Of a stretch of DNA of 63,420 bases, positions 36,978-44,158 are shown in pieces (the stretch's first letter is position 1; each line of letters starts with the position of its first letter). The DNA comes from a bacterium. Lineage in GTDB: Bacteria; Patescibacteriota; Minisyncoccia; Phycocordibacterales; UBA6899. The translations under genes and the position numbers were made by a program. Below the pieces are notes generated by a model. The model was given only the letters and a program-made list of their open reading frames with translations. It searched no databases and was not told where the DNA came from. Location: NCBI GenBank assembly GCA_021851895.1, contig JAJZQJ010000003.1, positions 1 to 63,420 on the forward strand, written 5' to 3'.

Positions 36978-39587
36978 ATGGCAAAAGGAAAAGTAAAGGC
37001 GCAGGAAGATATCGTCATAAAGGGAGCCAGGACACATAATCTAAAAAACATTTCACTTTCTATACCGAGGAATAAGATGATCGTTTTTACCGGTCTTTCC
37101 GGGTCAGGAAAGTCTTCATTGGCCTTCGATACGATATTTGCTGAAGGGCAGAGAAGGTATGTTGAATCGCTTTCCGCATATGCTCGGCAGTTTTTGCATA
37201 CCATGCAGAAGCCTGACGTGGACGAGATATCAGGGCTTTCACCTGCGATCTCGATAGACCAAAAATCACATTCATCAAATCCTCGCTCAACTGTTGCAAC
37301 GATTACGGAGATCAATGATTATCTCCGCGTACTTTTCGCACGTATCGGAGTTCCGCACTGTCTGCTTTGTGGAAAGCCCATAAAACGTTTGACGAATGAG
37401 GAGATCCTCGCTTTTGCGTTTAAGCGTGCAGATGAGCTCATTTCGAATTCGTCTTCACGTGAGGTGATGGGCGTTAGTCTTTCTGATGGAAAGATAGGCA
37501 TTTATGCTCCAGTTGTGCGTGGAAGGAAGGGGGAGTATTACCAAATGCTCTATGACTACCTTGGAAAGGGTTATACGAAGGTTCGTGTCGATGGCGAGCA
37601 GAAAAGTCTGCGCGAGCGTATAACGCTTACAAAGACGAAGGTGCACGACATCGATCTTCTCGTCGATGAATTTTATGCTTCCGAATTCAAAGATGATGAA
37701 CGTGGTGTAAGAGAGAGACTCTCTGAAGCTGTCGAGCGTGCGCTCAATGAGGCTGAAGGCCTTGTGAAGCTCATCGTTGGTGATGAGGAGGTGCTGCTCT
37801 CTGCGAAATTCGCATGTCCTGACGATGGTTTTTCCTATCCCGAGATAGAGCCTCGACTTTTCTCTTTCAACTCTCCTGCGGGCGCATGTGCTACCTGTAA
37901 TGGCCTTGGAACAAAACATCTTTTTGGCGAGGAGGCGTGTGAGACGTGTAATGGTGCGCGTTTACGCGAAGAAGCCTTGCATGTGCGTATTGGTGAGAAA
38001 AATATCGTTGATATCACCGACATGTCTGTTGATGATGCTTTCGACTATTTCGCCTTACTCGAGCTGAGTCCTTTTGAGCAGCAGGTATCCGGTATCGTCA
38101 CGAAGGAGATCACCACGCGACTTACGTTCATGAGAGACGTTGGAATAGGCTATCTCACTCTCGGGAGAAGGGCGAATACGCTCTCCGGTGGGGAGGCGCA
38201 GCGCATTCGTCTTGCTTCTCAGCTTGGCTCGAGATTGGTGGGCGCTTTGTACGTTCTCGATGAGCCAACGATCGGACTTCACCAACGCGATAATGATAAG
38301 CTCGTCAAGACATTGCGTGATCTTTGTGACATTGGAAATACCATTATCGTCGTTGAGCACGATGAGGATACCATCTTCGCTTCGGACTATATCGTCGATA
38401 TTGGTCCTGGTGCCGGCGTCCATGGAGGCCATGTGATGACTAGTGGCTATTTAGAGGAGGTGCTCACCGATGATCGACAAAAATCTTTGACTTTAGATTA
38501 CCTCAGGGGCGAAAAATTTGTTGAGATCCCAGAGAAGCGCAGAGACGTAGAGATGGGAAAGCTCATCATTCAGGGTGGTACGATATTCACCATCAAAAAT
38601 CTCACCGCGGAAATTCCCCTTGGACGTCTCGTGTGTATCACTGGCGTTTCAGGATCAGGGAAGTCGACGTTCATGTATGAGATCGTTCATAAGAATCTCG
38701 AACATTCTTTCGATCGACACAAGAAATCAAATAAACCAGTGAACGCATCAGTCTTTTCTGGCACTGAATATATCAATCGCGTTGTGATGATCGACCAAAC
38801 CGCGATAGGGCGCACGCCAAGAAGTAATCCTGCTACCTATACAGGTTCATGGACCTTCATTCGTGACCTTTTTGCTGAAACCGAAGAGGCGAAGGCAAGG
38901 GGTTGGAAATCCTCTCGGTTTTCATTCAATGTACGTGGTGGACGCTGTGAGGCATGTGAAGGAAATGGGCAAATCGCAGTAGAGATGCACTTTTTGCCTA
39001 CGGTATATGTGATGTGTGAGGTGTGTCAGGGCAAGCGCTTCATGAAGGAAACCCTCGAAGTGAAATTCAGGAAGAAAAGCATTTATGACATTCTTGAGAT
39101 GACGATCGAAGAGGCCACGGTCTTCTTTAATGACATTCCGGCAATACATGATCGATTGCGCACGCTCGAGGAAGTTGGACTTGGATATCTCAAGCTTGGG
39201 CAGTCTGCTACAACACTTTCGGGAGGTGAAGCTCAGCGCGTGAAAATTGCCGCAGAGCTCTACCGGCCACATCAAGATCGTACACTCTATATGCTTGATG
39301 AACCGACTGTCGGCCTTCATTTCGACGATGTCCGAAAGCTCATCGAGATACTACAGACACTGGTGAAGAAGGGTAACAGTGTACTCATGATCGAGCATAA
39401 TCTCGACGTGATAAAGTCCGCCGATTGGCTCATCGATTTCGGCCCAGAGGGAGGCGTTGGTGGTGGTCGCATCGTCGCTAAAGGAACACCAGAGGATGTG
39501 GCTGCGAATACAAACTCCGCAACAGGTCAGTATCTTTCGAAGGTCCTCTCGAGATCAAGAAAATCGAAGAACAAGAAGTCGAAATAA
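36978..39587 (+). CDS. uvrA: excinuclease ABC subunit A
   Basis: Two ABC ATPase modules ([26 protein letters not shown] twice) and zinc-finger CxxC clusters. Confidence 0.95.
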   Translation: MAKGKVKAQEDIVIKGARTHNLKNISLSIPRNKMIVFTGLSGSGKSSLAFDTIFAEGQRRYVESLSAYARQFLHTMQKPDVDEISGLSPAISIDQKSHSSNPRSTVATITEINDYLRVLFARIGVPHCLLCGKPIKRLTNEEILAFAFKRADELISNSSSREVMGVSLSDGKIGIYAPVVRGRKGEYYQMLYDYLGKGYTKVRVDGEQKSLRERITLTKTKVHDIDLLVDEFYASEFKDDERGVRERLSEAVERALNEAEGLVKLIVGDEEVLLSAKFACPDDGFSYPEIEPRLFSFNSPAGACATCNGLGTKHLFGEEACETCNGARLREEALHVRIGEKNIVDITDMSVDDAFDYFALLELSPFEQQVSGIVTKEITTRLTFMRDVGIGYLTLGRRANTLSGGEAQRIRLASQLGSRLVGALYVLDEPTIGLHQRDNDKLVKTLRDLCDIGNTIIVVEHDEDTIFASDYIVDIGPGAGVHGGHVMTSGYLEEVLTDDRQKSLTLDYLRGEKFVEIPEKRRDVEMGKLIIQGGTIFTIKNLTAEIPLGRLVCITGVSGSGKSTFMYEIVHKNLEHSFDRHKKSNKPVNASVFSGTEYINRVVMIDQTAIGRTPRSNPATYTGSWTFIRDLFAETEEAKARGWKSSRFSFNVRGGRCEACEGNGQIAVEMHFLPTVYVMCEVCQGKRFMKETLEVKFRKKSIYDILEMTIEEATVFFNDIPAIHDRLRTLEEVGLGYLKLGQSATTLSGGEAQRVKIAAELYRPHQDRTLYMLDEPTVGLHFDDVRKLIEILQTLVKKGNSVLMIEHNLDVIKSADWLIDFGPEGGVGGGRIVAKGTPEDVAANTNSATGQYLSKVLSRSRKSKNKKSK

Positions 39588-39620
39588 AAAACACCCCACT
39601 TCGTGGGGTGTTTGATTTTT
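39586..39620. terminator. bidirectional intrinsic terminator
   Basis: aaaacacccca-cttcg-tggggtgttt. Confidence 0.7.
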
Positions 39621-39988
39621 CAATTGAGTGTGTATCGTGAACGAATCAGTGATTCGTGGAAGTTTATGAAGAAATGTTCCTTCAAATAGTGCTTGGTCGC
39701 TTTCGTGACCGAATCTCTGTATGCGGTAATGAGCACACGGAAGATGAGGCTTCGAGAAGCAACGCGTCCTTCGGGATCGCGATACGCACGCTTGTTGCGC
39801 GCTAAGACGAAAATGAAATGATCCGCACAGCGGATGAGGAGATCGAGCGGCTGAATGCTCGGGTCGTCCAATTCGCTAGGGGAGCTGCAGATGAGCTGAG
39901 TGAAAAACGTCAGCCATCGCTGCTCTTGTTCCGAGGGCGGAAGGGTATCTTTCGGATCGTGCTTTGCAAGGATCTCGAGCTCGTGCAT
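39620..39988 (-). CDS. hypothetical protein
   Basis: Start MHELEIL preceded by AAGGAGG Shine-Dalgarno. 122 aa. Confidence 0.5.
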   Translation of the reverse strand: MHELEILAKHDPKDTLPPSEQEQRWLTFFTQLICSSPSELDDPSIQPLDLLIRCADHFIFVLARNKRAYRDPEGRVASRSLIFRVLITAYRDSVTKATKHYLKEHFFINFHESLIRSRYTLN

Positions 39989-40127
39989 GGTGGCCTCCTT
40001 TGTCAAAAGGTTGGGCGAGGTGGGTCACCAATTGGTGCTGTGGTTGGGTATAGGCTGGATTTGAAAATATTTATCATCGCACGCTATACCGAAGTACAGC
40101 GTATCGGTGCCAACATAACCCATCTCC

Positions 40128-41405
40128 TTGCAAATTACCACCCGAACATGTTATCGTCAAGGAGTGAAACTGTCGGATTTCAAAGCAGGGAAATACCCCA
40201 TGAATCCCGGCGTTTATCGCTTCATCGACAAAGACGATAACGTGCTTTATGTGGGAAAGGCGACGAATCTGCGCCATCGTGTCCGCAGTTATTTTGACGA
40301 TGACCTTATTAAGAAAAGAGGGCGATTTATCGTTGATATGGTCGCGAAGGCTGTGCGGGTGACCACCGAAAGCTCACCATCGGTCCTTGATGCTTTGATT
40401 TTGGAGGCAGCATTGATCAAGGAGATCCAACCACCTTACAATACTCGAGAAAAGGATAATCGGAGCTTTACCTACATTGTCATCACCGAGGAGGAGTACC
40501 CAAGAGTTTTGGCGCTGCGTGAGCGTACTGTTGCGATGACTGGTGATGAGGAGAAAAAATATAAGCGCGTTTATGGTCCATTTCCAAGTGGAGCAACAGT
40601 GAGAACAATGCTGTCATTGATTCGAAAAATGATTCCATTTCGCGATCGATGTACACCACTTCAAGGAAAGCCTTGTTTTAATCGCCAACTTGGGCTTTGT
40701 CCTGGGGTGTGTGATGGTTCGATCACTTCAAGGGAGTATGCACAGAATATTAACGAGATCATCCTGTTCTTCGAGAGAAAGCGTGATCGGTTGATAAAAG
40801 AGCTTGAAAGAAACATGCGACACGCTGCGAAGGAAATGGCGTTTGAGAAGGCCTCGGAATATAAGAGGATCCTCTTTGCTTTGACTCATATCAATGACGT
40901 TGCGCTCATAAGCGATGAAACAAGATTGGCCTCACAGCGTTCTGCAAAGATCAGGAATAGGGCATTTCGTATCGAAGGATATGATATCGCGCACCTCTTT
41001 GGTACGTACACTGTTGGAGTCATGACCGTCATTCATGACGGGAGACCAGAGAAGTCGCAGTATCGGAAATTCAAAATACGAGAGCGTGAGGGTGCGATCG
41101 ATGACCTTGCGCGTCTTGAAGAGGTACTGAGGAGAAGGTTTGGTCATAAAGAATGGCAAGAACCAGATATCGTTGTCGTCGATGGAGGTAGAACACACCT
41201 TCTTCGCGCAAGGAAGGTTCTCGGTGCCCTTGGAGTTCGTTCGGCGGTCGTTGCGCTTGTAAAAGACGCGCACCATAAGGCGCGAGCGATCATCGGGAGT
41301 AAGGAGCTCGCAGAATCTTTTCGTCCTTCTATTGTACTCGTTAATCTTGAAGCACATCGATTTGCCGTCAATTATCACCGAGCATTGCGAGAAAAGCTCC
41401 CCTAG
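40128..41405 (+). CDS. uvrC: excinuclease ABC subunit C, short form lacking the C-terminal (HhH)2 domain
   Basis: GIY-YIG (PGVYRF...VLYVGKATNLRHRVRSYF), UVR domain (MAFEKASEYKRIL), endonuclease V-like domain (RIEGYDIAH). TTG start at 40128, or ATG at 40200. Confidence 0.8.
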   Translation: MQITTRTCYRQGVKLSDFKAGKYPMNPGVYRFIDKDDNVLYVGKATNLRHRVRSYFDDDLIKKRGRFIVDMVAKAVRVTTESSPSVLDALILEAALIKEIQPPYNTREKDNRSFTYIVITEEEYPRVLALRERTVAMTGDEEKKYKRVYGPFPSGATVRTMLSLIRKMIPFRDRCTPLQGKPCFNRQLGLCPGVCDGSITSREYAQNINEIILFFERKRDRLIKELERNMRHAAKEMAFEKASEYKRILFALTHINDVALISDETRLASQRSAKIRNRAFRIEGYDIAHLFGTYTVGVMTVIHDGRPEKSQYRKFKIREREGAIDDLARLEEVLRRRFGHKEWQEPDIVVVDGGRTHLLRARKVLGALGVRSAVVALVKDAHHKARAIIGSKELAESFRPSIVLVNLEAHRFAVNYHRALREKLP

Positions 41406-41452
41406 GGAGTTTTTCTCTCTGTGTATATGTTCGTAGCGAAGGGGGTTGGATG

Positions 41453-41461
41453 TGCTAGTAT
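41453..41461 (+). promoter_or_regulatory. extended -10 box (TGCTAGTAT) 6 nt upstream of ddl ATG 41468
   Basis: Leaderless-type geometry. Confidence 0.55.
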
Positions 41462-41467
41462 GTAGAT

Positions 41468-42436
41468 ATGTCATTGCATCGTAAACGAGTGGCGGTGGTA
41501 CGTGGTGGACCTTCCGCGGAATATAGCGTTTCATTGAAGACTGGTGAGGCCGTTCTTCGCCACCTCAATAGAGAGAAATATCAACCCCATGACGTCGTGC
41601 TCACACGCGATGGTGTTTGGTATATCAATGGTGTGCGCTCAACATTTGCAGACATCGCACAGCATTCGGATGTGATCTTCAACGCGATGCATGGTGAATT
41701 CGGTGAGGATGGTAAAGCACAGCAATTATTCCAATCATTCGGAATCCCTTATACAGGATCAGATGCGGTTGCTTCGGCGATCGGTATGCATAAGGGTCTC
41801 GCCAAAGAACGTTTCGCTGATGCTGGTTTAAAGGTCGCAAGAGGAGAGGTCATTCCAAGGGATGCAGAGATGTCTGGTGTTGCGTACCATCTTGCACAGG
41901 ATATGGGTTTTCCTCTTATCGTAAAGCCTGTTACTGGGGGATCTTCCGTTGCTACACGCATTGCGCGCAATGAGACGGATCTCGTCATCGCAATGGATGC
42001 AGCAGCGAAATACGGCGATGTGCTCGTCGAGGAGTATATTGAGGGTAAAGAAGGTACCTGCGCGGTTGTCGACACAGGAGACGGTGAGCATTTCGTTTTG
42101 TACCCAATAGAGATCAGGCCGCATGCTTCAAAGGAGTTGTTTGATTTCGATGCGAAGTACGATGGTAGCTCGGAGGAGATATGCCCGGGGAATTTCACGC
42201 TCGCTATGATGTCTCGGATGCGTGACGCGGCATCGCTCGCACATCGCGCGATCGGTGCTCGTCATTATTCTCGATCGGATTTCATTGTCACACCGTCAGA
42301 CGTATATATTCTCGAAATCAACACGCTTCCCGGTCTCACCGATTCATCACTACTTCCAAAGGCGCTTGAGGCAAGTAACGTTTCTATGTCAGAGTTCTTG
42401 GAGCATGTAATTGAATTGGCATTAAGGGGCAAATAA
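41468..42436 (+). CDS. ddl: D-alanine--D-alanine ligase
   Basis: VAVVRGGPSAEYSVSL, ATP-grasp motifs (IVKPVTGGSSV, EINTLPG). Confidence 0.9.
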   Translation: MSLHRKRVAVVRGGPSAEYSVSLKTGEAVLRHLNREKYQPHDVVLTRDGVWYINGVRSTFADIAQHSDVIFNAMHGEFGEDGKAQQLFQSFGIPYTGSDAVASAIGMHKGLAKERFADAGLKVARGEVIPRDAEMSGVAYHLAQDMGFPLIVKPVTGGSSVATRIARNETDLVIAMDAAAKYGDVLVEEYIEGKEGTCAVVDTGDGEHFVLYPIEIRPHASKELFDFDAKYDGSSEEICPGNFTLAMMSRMRDAASLAHRAIGARHYSRSDFIVTPSDVYILEINTLPGLTDSSLLPKALEASNVSMSEFLEHVIELALRGK

Positions 42437-42462
42437 AACACCATATTCTGGTGTTTTATTTA
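42435..42462 (+). terminator. intrinsic terminator
   Basis: aaaacacc-atattct-ggtgtttt. Confidence 0.7.
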
Positions 42463-42547
42463 TCTCTTTTGGGCGCCCTTTGTGGCCGCTATTGGGGATA
42501 TGATTCACTTGCAAATAATTTTTAATCGTGTATAGTTATTTCCACGC

Positions 42548-42620
42548 GGGCCCATAGCTCAGTTGGTAGAGCAGCGCATTTGCAATGCGAAGGTCGCAGG
42601 TTCAAATCCTGTTGGGTCCA
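42548..42620 (+). tRNA. tRNA-Ala (anticodon UGC)
   Basis: Acceptor GGGCCCA/TGGGTCC with the G3:U70 Ala identity pair, D-arm GCTC-AGTTGGTA-GAGC, anticodon loop TTTGCAA, T-arm GCAGG-TTCAAAT-CCTGT, discriminator A. No encoded CCA. Confidence 0.9.
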
Positions 42621-42665
42621 CAGAGGCAGAAAAAAGAGCGTAAGCTCTTTTTTCTTTTGCCTCTG
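42621..42665. terminator. A/T-flanked hairpin abutting the tRNA-Ala 3' end (bidirectional terminator-like)
   Basis: cagaggcagaaaaaagagc-gtaa-gctcttttttcttttgcctctg. Homologous hairpins at 61797-61840 and 63213-63257. Confidence 0.6.
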
Positions 42666-42832
42666 TGAGACCCAACAGGATTTGAATGGCGGAGGCCGCG
42701 AAGCCGGCCGCTGAGGCTCCCGGCCGAAGCGGCCGTGGCCGAGCCGGGGTCGCGAGCACTTAGCGCTTTTGGATGCAAAGCATCCAAAACGCTTTGTGAC
42801 TCGTGACCAAATCCTGTTGGGTCCTCCATTCC
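42666..42832 (-). ncRNA. candidate structured RNA unit A1: GC-rich core framed by inverted and direct copies of the tRNA-Ala 3' end
   Basis: 42669-42686 is the reverse complement of tRNA positions 42601-42618. 42807-42828 is a direct copy plus TCCA. Core 42687-42806 is homologous to 61530-61595, 61700-61775 and 63111-63190. Strand assignment is inferred. Confidence 0.45.
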
Positions 42833-43040
42833 ACTACAAGTATTTGTATTTTGATTTATGAGGTGACAGAGGGGCAAATCCTGTTGGGTCTCTCTGCTTA
42901 GGAGCGAAGCACCTATTTGCATTTTTGACTCGTGACCAAATCCTGTTGGGTCCTCCATTCTTCTATGAGTATTTGTATTTTTATTTAGTACGCTGAAGAA
43001 TACAAACTCACGTTCGGTTAATACATGCTCAAAACGCAAT
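42833..43040 (-). repeat. degenerate second unit (A2) and leader module of the tRNA-Ala-linked element
   Basis: Further tRNA-3'-end copies at 42875-42890 and 42936-42957. About 70-nt direct repeat 42791-42862 / 42919-42992. 42983-43011 resembles the leader at 61426-61454. Confidence 0.4.
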
Positions 43041-43064
43041 AAAAACACCTCTCGGTGTTTTTAT
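43041..43064 (-). terminator. intrinsic terminator of the small Cys-rich gene
   Basis: aaaaacacc-tctc-ggtgttttt. Confidence 0.65.
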
Positions 43065-43179
43065 TCGTACAACACATTCTCGTGTTTGTTCTACCTTGCA
43101 ACGTCATACGAGCAGGACACTATGAGCCGGGGAGGGCGTCCTCCTGAGATCATAGTGACCCAGTTTCATATAGAGAAAC

Positions 43180-43365
43180 CTAAGCTTCGTAAGCGAGCTC
43201 CTCTTCGAGGATGCTGCAATAGCAGTGTTCTGGGTTTGTCCATTCGCGTCCGCAACGCAAACATGGTTGCTTACCTGCTCGAGTGTTTTCTGACTCGAGC
43301 TCACGTGCGAGTGAGGCGATGGACGTGCAGAACGCACATTCACAATATGGTCGCTCGTTGGCCAT
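43180..43365 (-). CDS. small Cys-rich (zinc-ribbon-like) protein, 61 aa
   Basis: MANERPYCECAFC...QPCLRCGREWTNPEHCYC. Start set by tgttatact plus 6 nt plus ATG on the minus strand. Confidence 0.5.
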   Translation of the reverse strand: MANERPYCECAFCTSIASLARELESENTRAGKQPCLRCGREWTNPEHCYCSILEEELAYEA

Positions 43366-43371
43366 AGTGAT

Positions 43372-43380
43372 AGTATAACA
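43372..43380 (-). promoter_or_regulatory. extended -10 box (TGTTATACT, minus strand) 6 nt upstream of ATG 43365
   Basis: Leaderless-type geometry. Confidence 0.5.
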
Positions 43381-43504
43381 ATGGTAATATTCTATTGAAA
43401 ATGAAATATGTGCAAAACTTGTGCATAATATGTGTATAGTCGTGAAAAAGAGCAAAATATTGTGCTAGAATAGTGGATATGAAGGATAAAGCCACCGTAT
43501 AACC

Positions 43505-43699
43505 ATGACCGATAATTTCACATTTGAGGAGCAAAGAACTAAACTCACTGCCTTTGCTCAACCACGTGGTATGGTCGGATTCCTAATGAAGCATCTTGGT
43601 ATCCGTGATGAGCGCACTGCAAATGCGATCTTAGTCGCAGTTGCAGTCATCATTTTCATCATATCAGGGTTCATTTTTGCCAGTGCACTGAGGGTATAG
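43505..43699 (+). CDS. small membrane protein, 64 aa
   Basis: C-terminal TM helix. Followed by terminator aaaaaccgacgtc-loop-gatgtcggtttttt. Confidence 0.45.
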   Translation: MTDNFTFEEQRTKLTAFAQPRGMVGFLMKHLGIRDERTANAILVAVAVIIFIISGFIFASALRV

Positions 43700-43729
43700 A
43701 AAAACCGACGTCATATTGATGTCGGTTTT

Positions 43730-44017
43730 TTATCCACTGAGGTCGTTTTCCATTCCTGTTTCTTTCACACGCTGACGATAGGTGCAGAAGGAGCAGTGTC
43801 TGCTTGGCAGTGGCGGTCCCGCCTTGAGCGACTTCTCCATTCCTAGTTTGATGGATTTTTTTGTGACCCTAAGTGATTTTAGCGGCGAATCAAGCATAAG
43901 GCATTCGCTCGGACGAGAAACATTGTAGTGTTTTGCAAGGTAAAAACAACGAGGACAGTCGAGGAAAAGCGAGATGTCCGCATCTTCGATCTTCTTGTTT
44001 TCGCTTACTTTAGCCAT
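43730..44017 (-). CDS. small four-Cys protein (CPRC...CSFC), 95 aa
   Basis: Start MAKVSENKK set by tgctataat plus 6 nt on the minus strand. DCPRCFYL and CSFCTY resemble the Cys ligands of Cas4/AddB-type nucleases, but the nuclease core is absent. Confidence 0.5.
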   Translation of the reverse strand: MAKVSENKKIEDADISLFLDCPRCFYLAKHYNVSRPSECLMLDSPLKSLRVTKKSIKLGMEKSLKAGPPLPSRHCSFCTYRQRVKETGMENDLSG

Positions 44018-44023
44018 GGTGGC

Positions 44024-44032
44024 ATTATAGCA
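44024..44032 (-). promoter_or_regulatory. extended -10 box (TGCTATAAT, minus strand) 6 nt upstream of ATG 44017
   Basis: Leaderless-type geometry. Confidence 0.55.
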
Positions 44033-44158
44033 TACTTCCATTAAGTAAGTTACAAATTCTGCAGCTTGTGTATCATTATGTAAAACGCATGCTTGGATTC
44101 CTTTGTTCATCATAGTGATTCGCTTTTCGCTTCGGTCCTTTTCGTGTATATTACTGTT

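Noticed and set aside
42666-42832. Retron, LTR-type retroelement or group II intron interpretation of the tRNA-complementary segment and structured core.
   Set aside because: No reverse transcriptase or maturase ORF occurs anywhere in the 63 kb. The unit is far too short for a group II intron and I see no domain V-like motif. The PBS-like match fails at the discriminator. It is kept only as an observation.
42559-43048. ORF-track proteins 42559-42759 (-) and 42602-43048 (-) spanning the tRNA-Ala locus.
   Set aside because: They run antisense through the tRNA gene, the terminator hairpin and the repeats. They are low-complexity and lack start-site signals, so they are almost certainly non-coding.
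2041-43064. Possible dispersed repeat family formed by terminators sharing AACACC/GGTGTT stems (2041, 10326, 17955, 24971, 30633, 39586, 42435, 43041).
   Set aside because: Loops, stem lengths and flanks all differ. The shared bases are just an A-run, GC clamp and T-run, as expected for bidirectional intrinsic terminators.
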